DNA of 38,075 nucleotides from Acidobacteriota bacterium (lineage in GTDB: Bacteria; Acidobacteriota; Terriglobia; Terriglobales; SCQP01). Made by a program: the position numbers and the translations under genes. Below the pieces are notes generated by a model. The model worked only from the letters and a program-made list of their open reading frames with translations. It did no database searches and had not been told where the DNA came from. Positions 6,712 to 15,410 of the stretch are shown piece after piece. Each line of letters starts with the position of its first letter. Within the stretch, counting starts at the first letter, position 1. Location of the stretch: positions 1-38,075 of the forward strand of contig JAKAUF010000388.1 of the NCBI GenBank assembly GCA_021827785.1, given 5' to 3'.

Positions 6712-8265
6712 TTGCGGCAGCAGAAATCTGGTCGGGAGGGAAGGACCCTGACAGCGACTCGGGTGCTGATCGTGGATCCGCGCCCCGCGGGCGCGCGTGT
6801 CTACCGAGATTGGCTACAGGAGGGCGGTTTTGCGCCCGAAGTGGCGCCCAGCTTTGCCGCCGGCCTGGAAGCATTGGCGGCTCGGGAGGCCATGCCCAAC
6901 GTGTGCGTGGTGGCGGCCGAGTTGGACGGCGGCCGGTCGGGGTTGGACTGGCTGCAAGGGGCCCGCGCGCGCGGTTACGCCGGGCCGGTGCTGCTGGTGG
7001 CAAGGGCGCCGGAAGCCGCATGGCGGGTCCAGGCCCTCGCCTCGGGAGCCGACGACTGCCTGGATGGCGCCCAACTGGACACGGCGGCGCTGCTGGCCGC
7101 CTGCCGGCATGCGGAGGCGAGGACGCGCATGCTGGGCGCCCTGCACGCCGGAGAACGGGCGCAGCGCGACAGCGACGCCCAGTTTCGCCGCTTGTTCGAG
7201 GAGGCGCCATTGGGCATTGCCCTGCTCGACCGGGAGGGCCGGATCGAGCGCGCCAATCGCGCGCTGGGGCGGATGTTGGGGCAAGCGCCGGCGGATTTGG
7301 CCGGGCGCGCGTTGGAGCAGTTCAGCGCCGCCGCGGCCGGCGCCGGCGCCGCGCCGCCCCGGCAGCTGCCGCTGCCGTTGGCGCCGCTGCTGCGCGGGGA
7401 AGCGGCGGAGGTGCGGGAGGAGACGGCGCTGGCTTCGGCGCAGGGCGGGACGGTCTGGACCCGAATCACGGCGACGGCGATCCGCGATGAGCAGGGCGCG
7501 ATCTGCCGCGGGCTGGCGATGATCGAGGACGTCACCGTCCGCAAGCAACTGGAGGCGGAGTTGCGCCATTCCCAGAAGATGGAGGCGGTCGGCGCGCTGG
7601 CGGGCGGCATCGCCCACGAATTTAACAACGTGCTGGCCGTCATCACCGGCCGATGTGATTTGCTGCGCAATGAGCTGCGCGGTGACGGCTCCCGCTTGCA
7701 GCATCTGGATGCGATGCAGCGCGCCGCCGGCCGGGCCACGGCGCTGGTGCGCCAGTTGTTGGCGTTCAGCCGGCGGCAGGTGCTGGCGCCGCGCGTGATG
7801 AACCTGAATCACCTGGTGCAGGGGATGCTGGAAATGCTGCGGCGGCTGGCCGGCGAGCACATCGAGTTGATCACCGTGTTGGAGGCGGATCTGGCGGCGA
7901 TCGAGGCGGATCCGGCGCAGATGGAACAGGTGGTCTTGAACCTCTGCGCCAACGCCTATGACGCCATGCCCGCGGGCGGCCGGGTGATCATTGAAACCGC
8001 CAACGAGAATCGGGGCGGGTCGTCGTGGGTGCGCTTGTCCGTCAGCGACAACGGCCGCGGGATGGATGCCGCGACCCGGGCCCGCCTGTTTGAGCCGTTC
8101 TTCACCACCCACGCGCGGCCGGCGCGTGCCGGATTGGGCCTGGCGATCGTGGAGGGCATCATCCGCCAGAGCGGCGGCGCCATCTCCGTGGACAGCGAGG
8201 TGGGCCGCGGCGCGACGATCACGATTCGCCTGCCCCGCGCCGCCGCGGCGGCGCAGAGCGCCTAA
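6712..8265 (+). CDS. Sensor histidine kinase with N-terminal (degenerate?) receiver domain and PAS domain
   Basis: TTG start at 6712; the exact start is uncertain. REC-like RVLIVDPRP...VVAAELDG. PAS: FRRLFEEAPLGIALLDREGRIERANRAL...MIEDVTVRKQLE. H-box HSQKMEAVGALAGGIAHEFNNVL. N/G boxes NLCANAYDAM, DNGRGMD and GLGLAIVEGI. Confidence 0.85.
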   Translation: MRQQKSGREGRTLTATRVLIVDPRPAGARVYRDWLQEGGFAPEVAPSFAAGLEALAAREAMPNVCVVAAELDGGRSGLDWLQGARARGYAGPVLLVARAPEAAWRVQALASGADDCLDGAQLDTAALLAACRHAEARTRMLGALHAGERAQRDSDAQFRRLFEEAPLGIALLDREGRIERANRALGRMLGQAPADLAGRALEQFSAAAAGAGAAPPRQLPLPLAPLLRGEAAEVREETALASAQGGTVWTRITATAIRDEQGAICRGLAMIEDVTVRKQLEAELRHSQKMEAVGALAGGIAHEFNNVLAVITGRCDLLRNELRGDGSRLQHLDAMQRAAGRATALVRQLLAFSRRQVLAPRVMNLNHLVQGMLEMLRRLAGEHIELITVLEADLAAIEADPAQMEQVVLNLCANAYDAMPAGGRVIIETANENRGGSSWVRLSVSDNGRGMDAATRARLFEPFFTTHARPARAGLGLAIVEGIIRQSGGAISVDSEVGRGATITIRLPRAAAAAQSA

Positions 8266-8286
8266 CGCAGCCGGCGCATGCCGCGC

Positions 8287-11200
8287 CTAGGGCAGCCCGG
8301 CGAAGGCGTGCACCTGGTTTTCCTCATGCAGCGCCCGCAGGAACGCGCGCACCAGCAACTGGTCGAACTGCCGGCCGGAGCCGCGCTCCAGTTCCAACGA
8401 GGCCTCGGCGTAGGTCAGGGCGGGGCGGTGGCCGGTGGAACTGGTCATGGCGTCGAAGGCTTCGGCCAAGGCGAGGATGCGGCCGCCCAGCGGAATGTCA
8501 TCGCCGCGCAACCCGCGGGGATACCCGCTGCCGTCGAACCACTCATGGTGGGCGGCGATTAGGGAGGCGACGCATTCGCCGCCGCGCAGGCCGGCGACCA
8601 TCTCGGCGCCGGTGAGCGGGTGGCTGCGCAAGAGCCCCCACTCGGAGGGGGTCAGCTCCTGCTTGCGCAACAACTCCGCGCTGATCGCCGATTTGCCGAT
8701 ATCGTGCAGGCGGCCGGCGATGCGGATTTGCTCCTGATCCTCCTCGCTCAGCTTGAGCGCCTGCGCCAGCAGGACGGCGTAACGGGAAACGCGCAAGCTG
8801 TGCTCGGCGCCCAGCGCGTCCTTGGAATCAATGGCGATCGTGAGCGCGAACAGCGCGGGAAGCGCGGCGACAAAATTCGTTTGATCGGCGGCCGGCGGCG
8901 CAACGGGGAGCGCGCCGCCATCGGGCCGGGCCATGACCTGGTCGCCGCCCGCGCCTTTGGCGGCATACATGCTGAGGTCGGCCGCGCGCAGCACGTCCTC
9001 CGGTGTGGCGCCATGCTCGGGATAGCTGGCCACGCCGAAGCTCGCCTTGAGCTGGCGCTCGCTGAGCATGGGGTCGGTGGCCAGCCAGACCTTCAGCCGG
9101 TCGCAGAGCGCGCTGGCCATCTGCGCGTTGCCCTCGGGCATGAGGATGGTGAACTCATCCCCGCCATAGCGGGCGACGATGTTGCTGCCGCGGCATTTTT
9201 GCTCGAGCACTCGAGCCATGCGGGCCAGCGTGAGGTCGCCTTCCAAATGGCCCAGCGTGTCGTTGATGTTTTTGAAGTTGTCCAGGTCAATCAGCACCAC
9301 GCTGAACGGGTGGCCGGAACGGCTGGCCCGCTTCCATTCGCGCTGCAGTTCGTCCATGAAATAGCGGCGGGTTTTCAGGCCGGTCAACCCGTCGGTGATG
9401 GCCTGTTGCTGCATCTGCTGGAAGCCCAGGGAATTGTTTAGGGCAATGGCGATCTGGTCCGCTAGGGTGCGCAGCACCTGAACACGGTCGGGAGGAAAGG
9501 CGCGGGGCTGCGCGCTTTCCAGGTTCAACACGCCCAGCGTTTGGCCGGCATAGACGATGGGGATGGCGAGCGCGGCGGCCGAATCGGCGTGCACGGGAAT
9601 GGCCTGGGCATTTTGCCGCAGGTCGGGGATGAGCATGAGCTGCCCGGTGCGGGCCGCGGCGCCCACGACGCCCATGCCCAGCGGGACGCGGCGCAGCGCC
9701 GCTCCGCCGACGGAGTTGGCTTCGCCGGTTTCGGCTTTGAACTCCAATTCCTTGTTCTGGTAATTGACGACGCCGATGCCGATGTGTTTGCAGGGAAAGT
9801 GCTGGTGAATCGCCTCCGCCATGTCTTGCAGCATGGCTTCGACTTCGGTCGAGCCGATGGCGATTTGCGCGATCTCATTGAGGAACTCAAGCTCCCTGGC
9901 GTTGCGCTGTTGCTCGGAAAACAAGCGCGTGTTCTCGATCGCCACGGCGGCCTGCCCGGCGACGACCTCGAGGATGCGCAGGTGGTCCTGGTCATAGCGG
10001 CCGGCGGCTTCAAAGTTTTGCACCGCCAACACGCCGGCGGGCCGGCCGGCGATGAGGATGGGAACGCCCAGCCAGCTTTGCGCCGGCCGGCCGTTGCGGC
10101 CCAGGCTCTGCGGACCGGCGAGGTCCGCCGTGCCTTGGCGCAGCAACAGCGGCTTGCCGCTGCGCAATACCTGCGCCGCCAAGGGGTGCCATTCCGGCCG
10201 CTCCCGCTTGGGCAGCATGACGCCATCCTCGACTTCCAGCTCGAAATAAATCTCGTCGCTGCCCTCGGGCTGGAAGGCGGCGAAAAAGTTGCGCACGTCC
10301 AACAGTTTGCGCAGCTCGGAATGAATGAGCCGCAACAGTTGGTCCAGCGCCAGCGAGGAGCTGATGGCGGTGCCGATGTGGGTGAGAATTTCAAACTCCC
10401 GGCTCCGGCGCTGGCTTTGGCGCATGAGGGCCAGGTTCTCGATGGCCACGCCGGTCTGGCTGCTTAACGCCAGCAGCAGCCGCAACTCACCCGGCAAGAA
10501 CCGCCGCCTCTCCGGCCGGGCCAGCAGCAGCCATCCCACCACGCCTTGGCGGCTGGAAAGCGACAGGCAGGCGAAGGCGGACTGGCCTTCGGCGCTCAGC
10601 TTCGCCCGCAGGCGGGTCCAGAACGGTTCGCTCTCCAGCCCCAGCAGGCGGCTGTTGGCTCCGCGCCACCGGCCCACGACCACGCCGCCATAGCGCCCCA
10701 GCAAGTTGACAATGTCCATGCCGCTGTCGGCGAAGAAGCGCCGGCAGGCGGGCGAGAAGCCCCGCACTAAGGTGAGGGGCTCGGGCAGCGGCGCGCCGAG
10801 AAACAACGCCAATGAACCCGTGGGCAACAGGCCGCGCACGCGATCCATCAGCCCGTCCATGACCGCATCCAAGCTGTCGCTGGAAGCCCGGCCGGCGTCC
10901 AGGTTCAACCGTGACAGCGCGAATAAGTGGGCCTCGGTGGCGCGCCGTTCTTGCTCATAGACGACCGCGATCATCAGCGCCGCCACCAGCAGCTCCGCCA
11001 CCCGAGGGGTCCATGCGGGCACGTGCGGGCCCCAGAACGCCACGAGTCCGGCGGACAGAACCCAGAGCAGGACTCCGATCGCTAACAGCCGCCGCGCCCA
11101 GCTTGCGGCGGAGCTGGTCAGCAGCAGATCGGCGGCGGCGGTCGCCAACAACACCACGCCGAACACCGCGCCCCAGTTGCCAGCGTGCTGCCAGTGGCGG

Positions 11201-11517
11201 GACCAAACCACATACGCCAGCGCCGCGCCGACCGTGGCCAGCCACAGGTAATTGCGCTCATGCGCGCTGACCCCGCGCATTTGCCGGACGCCCAGCAAAA
11301 AGAGCGTGGCGGCGCCGGCGAGCGCCGCCGATGCGATCCAACCCGCGATGGCGTTGGGCGCGGCCTGGGACCAGCCCAGGGCTCCGTCGCGGGCCGCCAA
11401 GACCAGCCAGAATCCCAGCCAACTGAGGACGTACCGGTCCGGCCGCACCCACGCCAAATAGGCGAAGAGCAACCCTGCCAAGAGGGGGAAAACCGCCGGT
11501 AATAACGCCATCCACAT
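8287..11517 (-). CDS. Membrane-bound 3xGAF-GGDEF-HD-GYP c-di-GMP turnover protein
   Basis: ORF 8287..11838. The likely start is the ATG at 11517 (MWMALLPAVFPLLAG), which begins about 6-7 hydrophobic helices. Three GAF-like blocks follow. GGDEF: DGLTGLKTRRYF...LIDLDNFKNINDTLGHLEGD...RYGGDEFTILM. HD-GYP: HSLRVSRYAV...RLHDIGK...HHEWFDGSGYPRGL. Confidence 0.9.
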   Translation of the reverse strand: MWMALLPAVFPLLAGLLFAYLAWVRPDRYVLSWLGFWLVLAARDGALGWSQAAPNAIAGWIASAALAGAATLFLLGVRQMRGVSAHERNYLWLATVGAALAYVVWSRHWQHAGNWGAVFGVVLLATAAADLLLTSSAASWARRLLAIGVLLWVLSAGLVAFWGPHVPAWTPRVAELLVAALMIAVVYEQERRATEAHLFALSRLNLDAGRASSDSLDAVMDGLMDRVRGLLPTGSLALFLGAPLPEPLTLVRGFSPACRRFFADSGMDIVNLLGRYGGVVVGRWRGANSRLLGLESEPFWTRLRAKLSAEGQSAFACLSLSSRQGVVGWLLLARPERRRFLPGELRLLLALSSQTGVAIENLALMRQSQRRSREFEILTHIGTAISSSLALDQLLRLIHSELRKLLDVRNFFAAFQPEGSDEIYFELEVEDGVMLPKRERPEWHPLAAQVLRSGKPLLLRQGTADLAGPQSLGRNGRPAQSWLGVPILIAGRPAGVLAVQNFEAAGRYDQDHLRILEVVAGQAAVAIENTRLFSEQQRNARELEFLNEIAQIAIGSTEVEAMLQDMAEAIHQHFPCKHIGIGVVNYQNKELEFKAETGEANSVGGAALRRVPLGMGVVGAAARTGQLMLIPDLRQNAQAIPVHADSAAALAIPIVYAGQTLGVLNLESAQPRAFPPDRVQVLRTLADQIAIALNNSLGFQQMQQQAITDGLTGLKTRRYFMDELQREWKRASRSGHPFSVVLIDLDNFKNINDTLGHLEGDLTLARMARVLEQKCRGSNIVARYGGDEFTILMPEGNAQMASALCDRLKVWLATDPMLSERQLKASFGVASYPEHGATPEDVLRAADLSMYAAKGAGGDQVMARPDGGALPVAPPAADQTNFVAALPALFALTIAIDSKDALGAEHSLRVSRYAVLLAQALKLSEEDQEQIRIAGRLHDIGKSAISAELLRKQELTPSEWGLLRSHPLTGAEMVAGLRGGECVASLIAAHHEWFDGSGYPRGLRGDDIPLGGRILALAEAFDAMTSSTGHRPALTYAEASLELERGSGRQFDQLLVRAFLRALHEENQVHAFAGLP

Positions 11518-11831
11518 AGGGGTTTCGCCCGCGCCGCGGGGGAGAGGCCGGGTGCGGACACGTGCCGCTCCGTTGTGAGCAGGCGTCCTCAATATAGGCG
11601 ATGGCGCGCGGCGCCGTAAAGGAGATGGAAGTACAGGGTGCCTGTCCGATACCTGTCCTTCGGGGGCCAGGTGGATCCCCCACGGCGCAACCGGCAGGAG
11701 CGCACTGCCGGAATGGCCTTCCGGTACATGCGGCCGCTTCCCGTGGCCTAGGCCCCGGCAACGGGCATAAACGTCCGGGAGTCTAAAGCGGGAGCAGCGA
11801 CGAGGGGCGGAACGCCGCCCGGAGGCAAGCC

Positions 11832-13211
11832 ATGACAATCAGTTCGCGCGCTGGTGCGTGGACCGCGGCGGTGGTGTTGGCGGGATTCGGATACATGGGG
11901 TGGGGACGGCAGCGGCCGCTACAGACCATGCAGTATCCGCAAGAACATTCCAGCGCGGCGGCCCAGGGGCAAGCGGCCGCTCTGTCCGATGCGGAATTGC
12001 AGCAAAATGTGCAGGACCGCCTCGATGCCGATCCCAGCCTGCGAGCCGCCGGCGTTTCCGCCACGGTCAACCAAGGCAAGGTGACGCTCATGGGCATCGT
12101 GCCCGACCGCATTCTGAAAAAACGCGCCGTGCAATTGGCGCGCTCGATTGGCGGCGTGCGGCAGGTGCGCGATCTACTCACCGTGCATGCGGGCCCGGTG
12201 GCTGCGCCCGGAGTCAATGCCGGCGGCATCGGCGGGCAGCCCAATGGCGCGGCCAATGAAGCCCATGGTTATTCTCCCGCCCCGTCCACGGCGCAGAGGG
12301 CGCCCGCCGCCAGCGGCAACCTGCAACACCGCATTACCCAGGCGCTGGCCAGCGATCCGGTGCTTGGGAAGTACCCGATCACCGTAACCGTCGCCAACAA
12401 TCAGGATGTGGTGCTTCAGGGCATGGTGCCCAGCGAGAGGGACAAGCGCCAGGCGCAAGATTTGGCGCAAGCGATGGCGGGCGCCCACGCGGTCAAAAAC
12501 AAGCTCAAGGTGAATCCGCACGCGGTGGAATTGGGCGCGCCGTCGGGCTCCCGCGCGGCGGCCAATCCCGCGGGGCAGGAAGCGGCGCATCCGCCGGGTG
12601 ATACGCTGCCCAGCCAATCACAATCGGGATTGCAATCGCCGGTGGCGCCGGAGAGCAGCGGCGCCAAACCCGCGGCCCCGGATGCGGTCGTGCGGCAAGA
12701 AGAAGAGGTCAACCAGGCCTTGCAGCGCGACCCGGTCCTGCGGCCCTATCGGATCAGCGTCATCGTCACCCGGCCGGGAAAGGTGGAATTGCTGGGCGCG
12801 GTGCCCACCCATGCCATTCGCAAGCGCGCCGCCAGCATCGCGATGGGCGCGACTGGAGCGAAGGACGTGAACAACAAGATCGAGGTGAAACCCACCGCGC
12901 GCCGCAATCCCGCGTTGCCCCCCGATCCTCCGCGGGCCGGTACGGGCGGCGCCGGCGCGCAGGCGAAGCGGCCGGTTACGCCGCAGGATTTGCGCACCGA
13001 GTTGCAGGCGCGGTTGCAAGCCAACCCGAAGCTCAGCGGGGTGGTGGTCTACGTCAGTGGACGGCACGTCATCTTGCGGGGAAACGTGCCCGGCCAGGCG
13101 GCGCGAAAGGAGGCGGGTCACCTGGTCCGGGCGGCGTTGCCCAAGGGCTACAGCGTGAACAACCATGTGGCCATCAATCAGGGAATGGGCAACGGGTTCC
13201 CGCCGCGCTAG
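11832..13211 (+). CDS. Secreted protein with four BON (OsmY-like) domains
   Basis: ATG at 11832 preceded by GGAGG (11821-11825), with an N-terminal hydrophobic segment. There are four units of the form xxLxxDPxLxxxxIxVxVxxGxVxLxGxVPxxxxKxxAxxxAxxxxGxxxVxNxLxV, separated by Ala/Pro/Gly-rich linkers. Confidence 0.85.
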   Translation: MTISSRAGAWTAAVVLAGFGYMGWGRQRPLQTMQYPQEHSSAAAQGQAAALSDAELQQNVQDRLDADPSLRAAGVSATVNQGKVTLMGIVPDRILKKRAVQLARSIGGVRQVRDLLTVHAGPVAAPGVNAGGIGGQPNGAANEAHGYSPAPSTAQRAPAASGNLQHRITQALASDPVLGKYPITVTVANNQDVVLQGMVPSERDKRQAQDLAQAMAGAHAVKNKLKVNPHAVELGAPSGSRAAANPAGQEAAHPPGDTLPSQSQSGLQSPVAPESSGAKPAAPDAVVRQEEEVNQALQRDPVLRPYRISVIVTRPGKVELLGAVPTHAIRKRAASIAMGATGAKDVNNKIEVKPTARRNPALPPDPPRAGTGGAGAQAKRPVTPQDLRTELQARLQANPKLSGVVVYVSGRHVILRGNVPGQAARKEAGHLVRAALPKGYSVNNHVAINQGMGNGFPPR

Positions 13212-14326
13212 CGGCGCGTGGCATGCGCGGCGAGAAGGGAAATCGCCGCGCCGGCGACCTCCTCCACGCCGACGCGGGTCATGCAGCGGTGATCAATGGG
13301 ACACTCCCGCCGCTTGCACGGGCTACAAGCGATGCCGGGGGCTTGCAGCAATCGCCAATCGCCGCGGGCGGCCAAGGGATGAGTCTCCCGCGCATTGGTG
13401 GAACCAAAGATGGCGACCACCGGCGTGCCGAGCGCGGCAGCCAGGTGCATGGGCCCCGAGTCATTGGCGATCAGCAGGCGCGAGGCCGCGAGCACCGCCA
13501 ATAACGCCTCCAAGTCGGTGCGGCCGCCGAGATTGACGATCGGTGCGGCGCCGGCGCCCGCCGCGGCCATCGCGGTTTGGGCCAAGGAGGCGGCCAACGG
13601 GGCTTCCTCCGGGGATCCAACGAATAGGACCGCATGGCCCGCCGCGGCGAGTTGCGCCGCGACGGCCGCGAAGCGCTCGGGCAGCCAGCGTTTGGCGTGC
13701 CCGAAACTGGCCCCGGCGTGGATCGCTACCCGTGCGCCGCTGACGCCGACGGGGAGCTGCTGTTGCCAGCGGTCGAGAATTTCGGGATCAGCGGCAATTC
13801 GGGGGCGCAGGTCGTCCACGCCCGACCAGGGCGTGTCCGCCAGGCCAGCGCGGCGCAGCAACTCCAAGTAATAGAACGCCTCATGGGGCGGCGTCTCCCC
13901 CGGGCGAGGGCCAGCCACGGCGTCGGTGAGCAGCCGGCCGCGGGCGTCCCGGAGGTAGCCGACGCGGCGGCGCGCGCCCGTGGCCGCGGCCAACACCGCG
14001 GAGTACATGGAATTGGGAAACAGTACCGCGAGGTCGGGCCGTTGCGGCCGCCAGCGACGCCGCGCCGCCAGCAGTTGGCGAACTCCCGGCGCTTCCCGCA
14101 ACGTGGTCACGCTCCAATCCGCCTTCGCGGCGGCGCGGGCCGCGGCCTGAAACACCGTAGCGGCGCCAGGCCGCGCCACGATCTCCCAGCGGTAGTCCGG
14201 CTGGCGCGCGGCCAAGGTGGTCAGCGCCGGCAAGGACATGACCGCGTCGCCGACCCAGTTAGGGGCGATCACGATGCCGTGGCCGCGCGACGAAAGGGGT
14301 GGTGGCGGAGGAGGTTGCGGAGCCAA
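13208..14326 (-). CDS. waaF: LPS heptosyltransferase (glycosyltransferase family 9), WaaF-like
   Basis: IVIAPNWVGDAVMSLPAL resembles the WaaF N-terminus. ANDSGPMHLAAALGTPVVAIFGSTN is the GT9 signature. C-terminal CSPCKRRECPIDHRCM. TTG start at 14326. Confidence 0.85.
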   Translation of the reverse strand: MAPQPPPPPPLSSRGHGIVIAPNWVGDAVMSLPALTTLAARQPDYRWEIVARPGAATVFQAAARAAAKADWSVTTLREAPGVRQLLAARRRWRPQRPDLAVLFPNSMYSAVLAAATGARRRVGYLRDARGRLLTDAVAGPRPGETPPHEAFYYLELLRRAGLADTPWSGVDDLRPRIAADPEILDRWQQQLPVGVSGARVAIHAGASFGHAKRWLPERFAAVAAQLAAAGHAVLFVGSPEEAPLAASLAQTAMAAAGAGAAPIVNLGGRTDLEALLAVLAASRLLIANDSGPMHLAAALGTPVVAIFGSTNARETHPLAARGDWRLLQAPGIACSPCKRRECPIDHRCMTRVGVEEVAGAAISLLAAHATRR

Positions 14327-14372
14327 TGGGAATCCTAGGCGGCGAAGAAGTGAAAACGCATCGGACCCGCGG

Positions 14373-15410
14373 TCACCCCGGGGATACGCGATTTCCGCCC
14401 GCGGGCCATCCTGCGGCCGCGAGCATCATGTCCACCAACTGGGGTAGGGCGGTGATCCGCATCTCAATTCCAATCACCGTCAGCTTTTCCAAACCACAAT
14501 TGTCCGGCAAATTGATCGCATCCTTCTCCGTGGTGACGAAGGTCTCGGCGCCCGCATCCGCCGCCTCGCGGCGCAGGCGGAGAATGTCGGCGCGGCGGTA
14601 GCGATAGTGATCGCGGAACGACCGCCGGCCCGCGACTTCCATGCCCATCTCTTCCAGCGTGGCCCAAAACGACTCCGGCCGGCCGAGGGCGCAGAAGGCA
14701 AACACCCGGCCCCGTACGGGCACTCCCGCGCTGGGCGCTTTATGGCCGAAATACACTGGGGCCGCGGTCCACCGCGCCACCCGGCGGCGGACGTCATCCT
14801 GGGCCACGCCATTGCCCAGGGCCACGCCATTGCCAAGGTTCCCGGCCCATAACACGGCACTGGCCCGCGCCAATGCTTGCGGCGGCTCCCGCAAGCGGCC
14901 GGCGGGCAGCAGATGATCCTCCAAGTCCTCAGCCGTCACCACAACCAGATCGAAGCACCGGCCCAGTTGGCGGCGCTGAAAACCGTCGTCCAAGAGGTGG
15001 AGTTGGCTGGCGAATCGGCGTTCGCCTTCCCGTCCGCTTGCGGCGCGATCGCGCCCGACCAGCACCGGGACCTGCAAGCGGCGGGCAATCAACCGCGGCT
15101 CGTCGCCGGCCTCGGCGGGCGCCGCCGCGCCGGCTGGCGCCGGCGGCAACACCACCAACCGGTCCCGGCCCGGGCGGCGATAGCCGCGGGTCAGGACATC
15201 ACAGCGCAGACCGCGGCGAGCCAGTTCCTCTCCCACGGCGATTACCGTTGGGGTCTTTCCGGTGCCGCCCACCGATAGGTTGCCGACGCTGATCACCGGC
15301 GCCGCAAGATGGGTGATGGGCAGCCAGCCGCGATCAAATCCGCGGTTGCGCGCGGCGGCCAGCAGGCCGAACGTCGCCGCCAGACTGCGACCGGCGGGGT
15401 TGGGCTTCAT
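14373..15410 (-). CDS. lpxK: Tetraacyldisaccharide 4'-kinase
   Basis: VISVGNLSVGGTGKTP P-loop, typical of LpxK. The ATGA start/stop overlap with waaA at 15407-15410 supports the start. Confidence 0.92.
   Translation of the reverse strand: MKPNPAGRSLAATFGLLAAARNRGFDRGWLPITHLAAPVISVGNLSVGGTGKTPTVIAVGEELARRGLRCDVLTRGYRRPGRDRLVVLPPAPAGAAAPAEAGDEPRLIARRLQVPVLVGRDRAASGREGERRFASQLHLLDDGFQRRQLGRCFDLVVVTAEDLEDHLLPAGRLREPPQALARASAVLWAGNLGNGVALGNGVAQDDVRRRVARWTAAPVYFGHKAPSAGVPVRGRVFAFCALGRPESFWATLEEMGMEVAGRRSFRDHYRYRRADILRLRREAADAGAETFVTTEKDAINLPDNCGLEKLTVIGIEMRITALPQLVDMMLAAAGWPAGGNRVSPG

Noticed and set aside
11518-11838. 5' extensions of track ORFs (8287..11838, 28924..30675, 30339..32117, 35953..36804, 36474..37568, 19923..21044, 20992..22173, 22127..23353, 23425..24078)
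   Set aside because: The extensions are Arg/Pro-rich, overlap upstream genes or intergenic DNA, and precede internal starts that yield canonical N-termini (signal peptides, MKFGGTS, the KdpC/KdpD TM starts). The shorter models were used.
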